Origin: a virus
IMG/VR virus record: IMGVR_UViG_3300023179_000072
Coordinates: 17,338-81,337 of that record
Reading direction: 5' to 3' (one strand)
DNA length: 64,000 nt
A program made the translations under genes and the position numbers. Under the pieces are notes generated by a model, which searched no databases, was not told where the DNA came from, and was given only the letters and a program-made list of their open reading frames with translations. Shown piece after piece: positions 12,541-22,300 of this stretch (position 1 is the stretch's first letter; each line of letters opens with the position of its first letter).

Positions 12541-13488
12541 TTAGATAGCGCTCGCAAACTCGACGGCTGTATTTAGAGCCTTGAGATTGTCCACGCCATT
12601 CTGGCCGAACCAGAGAGAGTCGAGGCGGTTGCTTACCGTGCGACCCTTAGTGTAGTTCAGGTATTCGTTGAAACCGTTGTATGCAGCCCACCACGTTCCG
12701 CGAACCCCAACCGCACTCTGCTTCGGTCCTTCGACGAGCGTAAGAATCTCGTCCATGATGTTGCGAGTACGAGTTTTGATATCCTCGTCCGGGGTCTTAT
12801 CAATCCCGAGCAGCACCTTGACGTACTTACGAACGTCGTTTTGGTTGAAGTCTTTCGACGCGAGGAACCGATACTGTTCCGCAGTCGCCTCAAACTGTGC
12901 ATTGATATTGTCCATGATATCTCGCACATTTTCCAAATTCGTCTTGCTGGAACGGGTATGACGAATCCTAATAAGTGAACTCTCTTTGCTGCTATGAGCA
13001 GCGGCGAGGGTGTTCACACACACAACCCGAATCGGCGTATAGCCGACGCGAATCGACGTTGTGCCGTCGTGACTGTTAGATAGCAGGATGAACTTGCTCA
13101 CCTCGTCACCCTTGACAATCTCGCAATTGTCGCGGTTGAGTTGAGCCAGTACCCAAACCTTCTCGCCTTCACTGAGCGAACCGGCAGTGTGCAGTTGGCA
13201 CTCGCCAGCATCGAGGAACGGCTGGAACCAGTCGAACGCATCCTGATTTTGCAGGGGCGTATAACGGGGGCCAACCACTCCCAGAACACGGTTGTCGGTC
13301 TTGCGGAAAGTCGCCTTGGCATTGACCTCCGTACCTTCAGCCGTAAAGAGCGGCTTGGTTCCGACCTCCCAATCCAGACCAGCAGCGGTAATCGCCTCGC
13401 TGATCGACGGATTCTCATCCAATTGCGTACCCTCACCGTGCCAAGGGGTGGCACCGACGAACATCATCTTTTCAACCATAGCGGGCAT
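12541..13488 (-). CDS. DUF932/DUF945 (TIGR03299-like) phage/plasmid protein
   Basis: PWHGEG..., LLSNSHDGT, TPIRVVCVNTL, GTWWAAYNG motifs; AAGGAG RBS before ATG 13488. Confidence 0.88.
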   Translation of the reverse strand: MPAMVEKMMFVGATPWHGEGTQLDENPSISEAITAAGLDWEVGTKPLFTAEGTEVNAKATFRKTDNRVLGVVGPRYTPLQNQDAFDWFQPFLDAGECQLHTAGSLSEGEKVWVLAQLNRDNCEIVKGDEVSKFILLSNSHDGTTSIRVGYTPIRVVCVNTLAAAHSSKESSLIRIRHTRSSKTNLENVRDIMDNINAQFEATAEQYRFLASKDFNQNDVRKYVKVLLGIDKTPDEDIKTRTRNIMDEILTLVEGPKQSAVGVRGTWWAAYNGFNEYLNYTKGRTVSNRLDSLWFGQNGVDNLKALNTAVEFASAI

Positions 13489-13650
13489 AACTAACTCCTT
13501 CGTGTCTAAGAACTTTTGCTTTGATAGTCTAAGTATACTACTATTATCGGCTCTGTCAAGGGGCAAACTTGCGAAAAAATTTCGTGACGCAAGTCGTTGG
13601 TATACAAGCACTTACGTCGGGCGGGGCCGCCCCGGTTTGCTCTAAGTCTT

Positions 13651-14148
13651 TTATGGTGAAGGATTTAGGAGAGGCATACCATATTTCTTTTCAAAAAGTT
13701 TTGATGTTTCTGAGGTATACGCACACTCTTCTGGAATATAACAATACAATCCAACACATCTGGCCTTCGGATTATCCTCATGAATTGCTTGCTTAATCCA
13801 TTTAAGAGTATCGCCAGAACAAATTAGATCATCCACTACAATATAACGAAAAGGAGAAACTCCCTCGATATGGAAATTACTATATCTTTTTTCATCAGGC
13901 TTACGAACAATCACAATGTTCTTATTCAGAATTTCACAAACTTGAGGGGTAACAACTAACCCGCTTACGCCACAACACGCAATACTATCAAAAGTATTAA
14001 TTATCTTTCGTAGATTACATACTGCCTTAATGATTATTTTATTTCTATTCTTGTGATTTAGCACCTGACAAGTATGAGAGGCTCCTTGGATAATTTGTCC
14101 ATCTGCTGTGCGACGAACATCTTCAATACTTTGATTCATTATATTCAT
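13651..14148 (-). CDS. Type I phosphoribosyltransferase-fold protein
   Basis: PRPP-binding motif IVVDDLICSGDT. Confidence 0.8.
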   Translation of the reverse strand: MNIMNQSIEDVRRTADGQIIQGASHTCQVLNHKNRNKIIIKAVCNLRKIINTFDSIACCGVSGLVVTPQVCEILNKNIVIVRKPDEKRYSNFHIEGVSPFRYIVVDDLICSGDTLKWIKQAIHEDNPKARCVGLYCYIPEECAYTSETSKLFEKKYGMPLLNPSP

Positions 14149-14151
14149 AAA

Positions 14152-14229
14152 AACGGATGGTACGATTCGAACGTACTATAAGATAAGAAATAAAGAGAGA
14201 TAATACTTGTCCCACCAAGTCGCATCCGT
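14152..14229 (-). ncRNA. tRNA-like element without a paired anticodon arm
   Basis: Acceptor ACGGATG/CATCCGT; T arm GTACG-TTCGAAT-CGTAC; D-like stem ACTTG/CAAGT; unpaired pyrimidine tract in the middle. Confidence 0.55.
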
Positions 14230-14244
14230 TAGAGAGAAGATCAA

Positions 14245-14442
14245 TTACTCATCATCTATTTCATTAGTTAGATTATGATAGTAATTATCCCAGTTGGTGT
14301 TTTCAGAATCCTCATAATCTTCGCTATCTTCTTCATCCATCCATGGCTCATCGTTATTACTATCATGATAGTAATTTTCGTCAATATAATCGGATTCTGC
14401 GACTAACTTGTGATAATCATATTCATATTCATTCAGATTCAT
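14245..14442 (-). CDS. Very acidic small protein
   Basis: D/E/Y/N-rich, 65 aa; own promoter at about 14462-14490. Confidence 0.65.
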   Translation of the reverse strand: MNLNEYEYDYHKLVAESDYIDENYYHDSNNDEPWMDEEDSEDYEDSENTNWDNYYHNLTNEIDDE

Positions 14443-14491
14443 TTCTTCTCTCCTTAGACCGATTATACACCAACTTTGCTAACTTGTCAAG

Positions 14492-14564
14492 TGGACCCTC
14501 TGGGGCTCGAACCCAGAACCAACGGATTAAAAGTCCGCTGCGCTGCCAATTGCGCCAAAGGTCC
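14492..14564 (-). tRNA. tRNA-Lys(TTT)
   Basis: GCGGA-CT TTT AA-TCCGT; GGTTCGAGCCC. Confidence 0.92.
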
Positions 14565-14601
14565 GTTTAATTAGCATACCACTAAAATTTTTTTTGTCAA
14601 G

Positions 14602-14673
14602 CAGCCCTATGGAGGATCGAACTCCAATCTCCGGGATGAAAGCCCGGTATACTAGCCATTATACGATAGGGCC
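14602..14673 (-). tRNA. tRNA-Glu(TTC)
   Basis: CCGGG-CT TTC AT-CCCGG; GAGTTCGATCCTC. Confidence 0.9.
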
Positions 14674-14702
14674 ACATCGCAACTCAATCGTCAGCCTCCG
14701 AA

Positions 14703-14778
14703 TAGGGCGTCAAGGAGTCGAACCTTGCTCATGAACTGCTTATAAGACAGGTGACCACTACCGGCGGTCGCACGCCCC
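14703..14778 (-). tRNA. tRNA-Ile(TAT)
   Basis: CCTGT-CT TAT AA-GCAGT; CAAGGTTCGACTCCTTG; acceptor GGGGCGT/ACGCCCT, discriminator A. Confidence 0.8.
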
Positions 14779-14914
14779 ATACTTCAATCATACAATACTT
14801 ATCGGCACTTGTCAACCAGATACTTGAAAAAATCCTAAGTCGTTACGAGATAAGAACTTACGTCAAATTCGGCCCGCCACATTTGCTCTAAGTCTTTTAT
14901 TTCCAACAACTTAG

Positions 14915-14994
14915 TGGTTGGTTAGGGACTCGAACCCCCGAAGCCGAAGCACCTGATCTACAGTCAGGCCCATTTGCCGCTCTGGAAACTCACC
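14915..14994 (-). tRNA. tRNA-Tyr(GTA) with mismatched acceptor stem, possibly degenerate
   Basis: CCTGA-CT GTA GA-TCAGG, long variable arm; two acceptor-stem mismatches. Confidence 0.7.
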
Positions 14995-15003
14995 TATATA
15001 TAA

Positions 15004-15090
15004 CAGAGGCCGAGAGAATTGAACTCTCACCGGTTTTATCCGGCCCGCTTTAGCAAAGCGGTGCAGCAAACCAATATCTGCCTGACCTCT
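15004..15090 (-). tRNA. tRNA-Ser(GCT)
   Basis: CCGCT-TT GCT AA-AGCGG, long variable arm, G73. Confidence 0.88.
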
Positions 15091-15098
15091 AAATATAA

Positions 15099-15180
15099 CT
15101 GCTCGGGCTGGACTTAAACCAGCAAGTCTTTCGACGGTTGATTAACAGTCAACTGCGTTTATCAATTTCGCCACCGAGCA
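15099..15180 (-). tRNA. tRNA-Asn(GTT) with atypical long variable arm
   Basis: GTTGA-CT GTT AA-TCAAC; extra arm GTC-GAAA-GAC; acceptor TGCTCGG/CCGAGCA, G73. Confidence 0.75.
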
Positions 15181-15185
15181 TCAAA

Positions 15186-15257
15186 TTCCGGAGTCTGGGT
15201 ACGATCCAGAAATAAAAGGGCCAAAACCTTTTGTGATACCAGTTTCACCACTCCGGA
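15186..15257 (-). tRNA. tRNA-Gln(TTG)
   Basis: AAAGG-TT TTG GC-CCTTT; acceptor TCCGGAG/CTCCGGA; T loop ATCGTAC. Confidence 0.8.
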
Positions 15258-15779
15258 TCATCTTCTACATTCTCTGCCATTTCCTCTGTTCATGTTCTTA
15301 TATGTATCTGTTAATGAGTGACAATTTGGACACAGTATCTGTAAATTATCTTCTTTATTATTTTTATAGTTACCATCCTTATGATGAATTTCTAGTGGAC
15401 ACTTATTCGTATTTGGATTAATTTTATTCCATCCACACTCTTCACACTTTCTACCTCGTTCTATCAATAAAAATTTTTTGATATAGCGTCTTACTGTTCC
15501 ATTATTTTCACATCCATCATCTTTTCCAAGTTTCCATAACTGTATTTTATTATTATATTGAAATATGTTCTGGCATTTAATACTGCAATAAATTTGTCCT
15601 TGACCTTTAATTAGATTGCTACAATTTTTACAATATTTAATCTTTTTATTGCGTTTTTTAAATAACTTGTTATTTACTTTAGCAGCACAACTACGAGAGC
15701 AATAATTTTTTGATGTTTTTTTAATCTCTGATATTTGTTTATTAAATTCTTTATTGCAGCAGTTACATTTAACTTTCAT
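15258..15779 (-). CDS. HNH homing-type endonuclease inside the tRNA cluster
   Basis: YCSxxC repeats; CEECG...LEIHHKDGNYKNN..NLQILCPNCH. Confidence 0.88.
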   Translation of the reverse strand: MKVKCNCCNKEFNKQISEIKKTSKNYCSRSCAAKVNNKLFKKRNKKIKYCKNCSNLIKGQGQIYCSIKCQNIFQYNNKIQLWKLGKDDGCENNGTVRRYIKKFLLIERGRKCEECGWNKINPNTNKCPLEIHHKDGNYKNNKEDNLQILCPNCHSLTDTYKNMNRGNGRECRR

Positions 15780-15854
15780 TTTTTGTTTCTCCTTTTGATA
15801 CGAATATATACACCAAAAGGAGAACTATTTACCGTTTTTTATTTCAATTCCCAA

Positions 15855-15927
15855 AGCCGGTAGTAGGATTTGCACCCACGACATTCAAATTACAAATTTG
15901 ACACTCTGCTAACTGAGTTATACCGGC
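15855..15927 (-). tRNA. tRNA-Thr(TGT)
   Basis: TCAAA-TT TGT AA-TTTGA; acceptor GCCGGTA/TACCGGC; T loop TGCAAAT. Confidence 0.85.
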
Positions 15928-15930
15928 AAT

Positions 15931-16119
15931 CTACATATCATACTCTTGACGCCAAGCCTTGTCAATGTCGCGTCGTGTTCGCTGACGCTTGGGCCTGTTG
16001 TCCATAGTGGTATCCCGATGCTCCTTGTGACCCGTAGGAACTTGCCACTGTGGCCTGACCTTGAGTTTGATATGGTTGCGGCGTGGTCGCATATCGTCGT
16101 TGTTGTGGAGCGTAATCAT
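15931..16119 (-). CDS. Small basic protein, paralog of 27647-27817
   Basis: RPQWQ..GH..H..DNRPKRQRTR. Confidence 0.6.
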   Translation of the reverse strand: MITLHNNDDMRPRRNHIKLKVRPQWQVPTGHKEHRDTTMDNRPKRQRTRRDIDKAWRQEYDM

Positions 16120-16281
16120 GATTTCATCTTACCTAAAAATTTTGCGTTGTCAAGTGCTTTTTTGGCGTATAATATCCCGTATACTTGTATTTTACACTAT
16201 AGGGGACAGAATGTCAAGATGAAGAAATTTCAAAATGTGAATGCTTATGTAGGACGTGTCATCATATAGACAGACATTATT

Positions 16282-17185
16282 CTAACGATAATACTCACCG
16301 ATCCTCTTCTGAGTAGGAGCGAACTCTCTCCAAATACCGTCTTCGTGTCTATAAAAAACCTTATCAAGGTTAGGATCGTATGCCATTACGCAATACTGAA
16401 TAGGATAAACTGGTTTTGTCAAGACCTGTTTTTGAGGAAGTTTAGGAAGTTTGATATCACCTTTCTGGTAGTCTTTTACACCATTATAGGCCAAACCAAA
16501 AATAGCAATCAAAACCCCAATCCACTGGATCATTCTTTCGCCCCTTCGCTTTGTTCTTCGTGTCATCATAGCATATTTATCGTCCAGCGTCCACCAGGAA
16601 CTTTAGAAGATTTTTGAATTTGCCCTAAAGTATTGTGGCTAAAGGACTTACGATGAACCCGGCCGGCCCCGCTTGCCCTAAGTGCTGTCGCACCAAGGGT
16701 TTGCGGCAAGCCTTATGATTCAATATCTATTTCTGTATGGATATATTCCATGTCATCGTCACACTCAGTACACATGGGAGTACCATTCTCAGAATACCAC
16801 CACGGTTGCACATAGGCGTGTTCATCGCAATTCGGACATTCCCATTTGTGCTTTAGTTTTTTCTCGTCAATAATTACCCACATAGTTATTTCTCCAAACT
16901 CCACCCAGCCTTTTCGATCACCTTCGTACTTTTATAGACTTTTGTGTCAGGTAACGCTGAAACATAATCCTTAAAACCTCTTTCGTCTACATAGAAATGT
17001 TCATCTAGCACATCAAACTTATTTGTTTCCCATAGTGCGTCCACTGCTGCTTCAAGAGGTTTTTTACTTGTAGAGTATATCAATTCTAGTGTGCCGCATT
17101 TGATATAGTATTTCATGACATTTTCCTTTCTTTTCAATGAGCAGGGAATAAAACATTCGCAAGCCCCCTTACGCAGAGATCGCAA
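16282..17185 (-). CDS. Three hypothetical proteins (16282-16569 membrane-anchored; 16713-16904 zinc-finger-like; 16886-17185)
   Basis: ORF track; CPNC...CTEC in 16713-16904. Confidence 0.6.
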
Positions 17186-17838
17186 GAGATACTATCCTTC
17201 GTGCCCGTGCAAGTAATAACCGAGCGGCCACGACGGATTTCTGGACATACCACAAACTTTGTATCATTAAGAACCACCAACTTCGGCAGTGCTTTTCTCC
17301 ATGCATCTGCCTTTGCTTTGTTCTTCGGTCGCTTGGGTGCAATCTTCATATCGCTATCGCACCACGCAAACTTTTTGAAACCCTGTGATAGTGCTTCGCC
17401 CATATCATTATCATCATGCACACTAGCGTACACATTCATATACTTTTCCAGGCTCACAAGCCTAGAATCGTAAATATGAGTGTAAAACCACATATCGGGC
17501 AGCGCATCACCATCGGCAAGAATACTCTCACAAGCCCATGTCACGTTGGCAACATAGTCTAGGTCAAGTTCGCCATTGAGAAACCAATCGCCACGCTCAT
17601 GCCAACGGATACTCTTCTCACGACGCTTGGCGTCAAGAATCATTGCCCGAATCTTATTCTTCTCAGTCACAACATTCGCAAAACCAGCCGTGCGGGCATT
17701 CTTATATTGATTTTCAGTCGCTTCAGCATAGCAACCATTCCCAAGATAATCGCAGTCAGGAGGACAAGTATCCCCAACCGGACGCGAAACCACAATGCAA
17801 CCCTTACCCAACTTATCATTACCATCAGCGGTTTTCAT
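17134..17838 (-). CDS. Gp88-like Cys-rich phage protein
   Basis: GNDKLG...TCPPDC...CYA...IRWHERGD...YTH; family assignment from memory. Confidence 0.6.
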   Translation of the reverse strand: MKTADGNDKLGKGCIVVSRPVGDTCPPDCDYLGNGCYAEATENQYKNARTAGFANVVTEKNKIRAMILDAKRREKSIRWHERGDWFLNGELDLDYVANVTWACESILADGDALPDMWFYTHIYDSRLVSLEKYMNVYASVHDDNDMGEALSQGFKKFAWCDSDMKIAPKRPKNKAKADAWRKALPKLVVLNDTKFVVCPEIRRGRSVITCTGTKDSISCDLCVRGLANVLFPAH

Positions 17839-18061
17839 AGCTTTCTCCTAGCGTGTCATCCGATTCTACTCTAGATTATCGGCAACGTCAAGTGAAAAAC
17901 TTGAAAAAATTATTTTTGATGCAAGTCCTTATGGGTAAAGAACTTACGATGAATCCGACCCGCCCCGTTTATCCTAAGTCTTTACCCTCAAAGAACTTAG
18001 AAGAAGCTCACAAGCTTTTAAGAATTGCTCGGTAGTTTCAGCATCGCTTTTCATAATCTAA

Positions 18062-18134
18062 TACTGCCGGAAGGATTTGCACCCTCGTAAATCAACTTAG
18101 AAGGTTGATGCCTAATCTACTCGGCCACGGCAGC
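18062..18134 (-). tRNA. tRNA-Arg(TCT)
   Basis: TCAAC-CT TCT AA-GTTGA; acceptor GCTGCCG/CGGCAGT; T loop TGCAAAT. Confidence 0.85.
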
Positions 18135-18398
18135 GTATATGTATTATACCATACCCACTCAACGCCGCAAGCCCACATGGCGTCCCATGCAGGCTATACG
18201 GGTTTGTGGCGTTATCCTTACCACTACATAGTATACTCTAGAGAGGATAACTTCGGAGTTACCATCTCCTTATTCGGTTGGTTAGACCTTCTCTAGGTTG
18301 CACCATTATTGTCCTGCAACGAGAACTTCATACGCGGGACGAGTCCCGCCGCACTATGCCTAAATTCTATTTATACTGGCATAGTCCAGTTTATTGAT

Positions 18399-18647
18399 TC
18401 AGGCCACAGCCTCCTCTTCAACCTTGGCATTATGGGCATCACCAGCCTGCTTCGCCGTAATACCCATAACCCTCGCACGGAAAACCTTCCAACCCTGTTC
18501 ACTGAAAGCCTTGACCTCACCAATCTTCACGTTAGCATGAGCATCTTCGGGCAGATAGTTAGACAAACACGACACAATAGTATCCCTAGTCTCATCACGA
18601 TCCAGATCCTCAGCAACCACATCAACCGTAAAAGAAAACTTCTTCAT
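18399..18647 (-). CDS. Hypothetical protein
   Basis: GGAG RBS; own TTGACA promoter at about 18691-18719. Confidence 0.7.
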   Translation of the reverse strand: MKKFSFTVDVVAEDLDRDETRDTIVSCLSNYLPEDAHANVKIGEVKAFSEQGWKVFRARVMGITAKQAGDAHNAKVEEEAVA

Positions 18648-18928
18648 GTTACATTCTCCAAAGTGTTACAGTTACCAATCACATAGTACCAGTATACGCT
18701 ACTGATACTCACTTGTCAAGTCTGCCATGAAGGTTTCTGTTGTTGGCATCGTGGCAGCCACTTGCGTCGTGTTCAATCATTCTACAGTATAGTATCGTCA
18801 TTGTCAAGAGCGAACTTGAGTCTCCCTCAAAAATTTTTTCTTTTGTTGTAAGTTGTTTGGTGGTAAGCACTTACGTCAAGGTCGGCCAGCCCCGTTTGCC
18901 GTAAGTCTTTACAGCATAGGGGTTTAGG

Positions 18929-19312
18929 TTACGAGAGATAACCCTCACAACCCAAACCCACCAGATCACGCAGCAGTGCCTCTGCCGCTTCGGGCGTTTT
19001 CAGAGTAATACTCTGCTTTGCACCGGACTTGGCAGGAACGAACTTGTCGTAATGCCAGCCACCAACCAGACAATCCGTCCAATCCTTGCTTTCCTTCAAT
19101 CCCCAACCAGTGTGGAGTCGAATAGCCTTAATGCAAGCGATACGATTATCCAGAGTCATACCACCAGTGATGGTTACGGTGCGATTCTGGTTCACGCCCA
19201 ATTCCATCTCAAAAGCGTTCACAATCTTGTGATACAGTTCGACATCATTATTGTATGCCCAACTGGTAGCCAGATTCATAGCCTCACGCACCGTCAGTTC
19301 CAACTTAATCAT
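18929..19312 (-). CDS. Protein with ribosomal L7/L12 C-terminal-like domain
   Basis: RIACIKAIRLHTGWGLKESKDW resembles KIxxIKxxRxxTGLGLKEAK. Confidence 0.75.
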   Translation of the reverse strand: MIKLELTVREAMNLATSWAYNNDVELYHKIVNAFEMELGVNQNRTVTITGGMTLDNRIACIKAIRLHTGWGLKESKDWTDCLVGGWHYDKFVPAKSGAKQSITLKTPEAAEALLRDLVGLGCEGYLS

Positions 19313-19314
19313 CT

Positions 19315-22300
19315 CTAAATCCTTTCTTCCAAAATATAAACTTGTCGATCTTGCGTAATCAAAGTAGCATACTCGCTACCATCCCAAGCAAATTCACCAC
19401 AATCACTTTCGCGTCTCCACCTTGGATCACGAATAGGATTATAGTATAGCTTTTCTAAGTTGTCAATACCAATCTCACTATTTAGAATCACTTCTTCACA
19501 TTGAACCCACCCACTAACATTCTTTTTCTGTTTTTTATGAACCCACTTGGCCCTAGCTAATTTGTTGATAAGTTTACAGCCCCTCATTTCCAACTGATAT
19601 TCGGCAGGATCAACATAATACTGGTCAACCCTTTTTCTCCCCTGCATAATATTCACCTGCCACTTACGGTAATTTTTACCATTTAGCAGATGAAATCGAA
19701 CTTCGGCGTGTAGCGGTTTCTGTTTCATTAATAGATATCTCCATCTATTTCGTCAATACCTAGCGTTGCTCCAACACCATAGTCACCATCTGCTATTCTA
19801 GCACTTCTGTTTTCGATAAACTCTTGTGCATCCGCATAGTTATCAAAACGATAGGTTGGAGTAGCAGAAAATGAGATCCACCCATCATCGCCAATAACTT
19901 CTCCATCGTATGGGCCACCACAAACAACCACTTTAAACATATAAAACCTCTTGCTATCAGTATACCTTATCGACCAACGCTTGTCAAGACCTTTAAATTT
20001 TCGCTGACTATACCCATCCAGCCCAAATCCGAAGGATTAGGAGAAACAAGGCTGGCTTCCGCCATACTCGACCAGCATTTCAGATAGCCTCTTTTGATAT
20101 CATTGTGGCTATCCCCAAGCCTTGCCTCCTAAGTATACCTCTATTATCGTCATTTGTCAAGGTGGAACTTTAAAAAATTTTTGAGACGTAAAGTATTGGT
20201 AGATAAAGAGTTACGACAAAAGTGGCCCCGCCGCCTTGCTCTAAGTGTTTTAGAGACAAGGACTTGCGTCAAACCACCAGATCGGCTGCATTCTTCACAA
20301 CAGCCTTTTCTCTGGCAGACCCGATATTTTTGATAATGATCTCTTTGGTTCCCTTGAACTCCACCGTGCCATTAGAGTGCATCACCAGATAAGCCTCTCT
20401 GCCGTTCTTTCCCTTGAAGAAATAGAGAAGTTCACCCTCGTCTTCAAAATCGCTTCGTGTCCACTGTCCGCTCATTTCTTCTTGTCCTCTACAACCTGAT
20501 AGAAACGCCCGTTAACGCTAATCGTACCACCAAACATATCCCAGGTCAACTCTTCCTTCAAAGCCCGCTTGTGAGCAGCCAAAACAGCCTTGCGATCCTG
20601 TTTCATCTGTTCCGCTGTTGCGTTTGTCGAAATGATCTTCATGTCTCAATTTTCTCCAGTTCGCTAAGATAAGCATCCTTTTCGCCACCGTCATCGTACT
20701 CAACCCAACACCAAGTGAGATTGCCGAGATCCTCACTAACCGCCACGACCGTTCCTTCGTGTCCGATCAAGCCTCTCTCTTGTCCAAATGGCTTCCAACG
20801 AATCCTGTCACCACTCTTAATATCGCTGCTCTTGCCGCTCATTTGATATTTACTCCGTACTTGTGTGCCTGAAACCTAGAATCAATCTGCTCCGGCTCGT
20901 CGCAAGGCTCGATCATAATCGAGATACCGTTTGGTGCGGTAAACACGTTACGATAGTCGCCATCTTCCCAATCGGGCATCTCGTTAGTTACGCCACGCTG
21001 ATCCATTACCAGACTGTCGGCATAGTAAGTTGCCAGATCAAAGTTTCTAAACGCCTTAACGTGAATCACCCGCTCATGCTGAACCATCAATACCAGATAC
21101 ATCTGCTTTATACCGGAAATCTCCCTCTTCATCTCTTCCGCTGCCATCTTGAAAGTCTTACCCAAGTTGTTCGCAATTCGTTCTTCGATATCCACAGTCT
21201 GCTCTCCTATTGTAAAGCCTCATTCTACAGTAAATTATCGGCATTGTCAAGTGGGTTTCTTTAAAAAATCACAAAGTGTTGTGGCTACAGCACTTACGTC
21301 GAAGTTGGCCGCCCCGGTTTGCTCTAAGTGCTTTTGTAGCAACTACTTATGTACCACTAACCACAATTTCCACACTTGTCTACAGCGTATAGAGTTTTCC
21401 TACAGTTACTACAGTAACAAATATCACTAAGAGTTTTCAAGAACCAACTCCACATATCTATTTACCAGTTCGCTCAAGTTAATTTTATGTAGATCAATTA
21501 ACTCCTTAGCCTTGTTCACATGAGATTTACTCATTGTCATTATACGAGAGTTAAAAAAGTGGATAATGTAGATCATGGCCTGTTCACGATTCATGTTGCA
21601 GGCTTCCACAGTATTCAAGTCTCTAAAGCTTTTAGCCACTGGGATAATCCTTTGGAATAATTCGTTCGGGTTTGTGCGGCCTAACCATCTTTCCATCGTC
21701 CGGCATCCACCAAGGTGCGTCCATACGATCTACCACACCGGGAGCTTCATCACAAAATATACGATGAGGACTAAAAGGGTCATTAGCACAATAAGAATAC
21801 CTACCAACCCACACACCGATATGTTGTCCATAATACCAGATACCCTGACCATCTTCTGGTTGACGCTCAAAAAAACTAATCCATTCCATCGTAACCCTTT
21901 CTATAAGGATCGATAAGATCGTATGCTTCTCTAATTTTTTCTAGTACCCGATCTTGCATTTTATAGAATTTATCTTGATCGCCCCAGTAAATTGAACTAC
22001 TAATATGATCTTCTACGATATTATACAGATATTGCAGTTCTGCTCTGGTCAACTCCAATTTTTCAGTTTTCATCACCAACTCTCCGGCATAGGAATCTCA
22101 TCAAAACCAATATAGCATACAACTAGATCATTGTCAAACTGGTTCCATGCTGCCAAACCATCATCATATTCACCGTGCCACCATTCTCCCCATCCGCCTT
22201 CTTCTTTATTCCAATCCAGATCAATAGGAGAAGAATATCCCCTCACACAACAAAGATATTTGCCATTTATGATAGGATCGCTATAATGCCAGGTCATTTT

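Noticed and set aside
12657-13796. Alternative-frame and antisense ORFs over the DUF932 gene
   Set aside because: Shadow ORFs of a GC-richer coding region, with no RBS or motifs.
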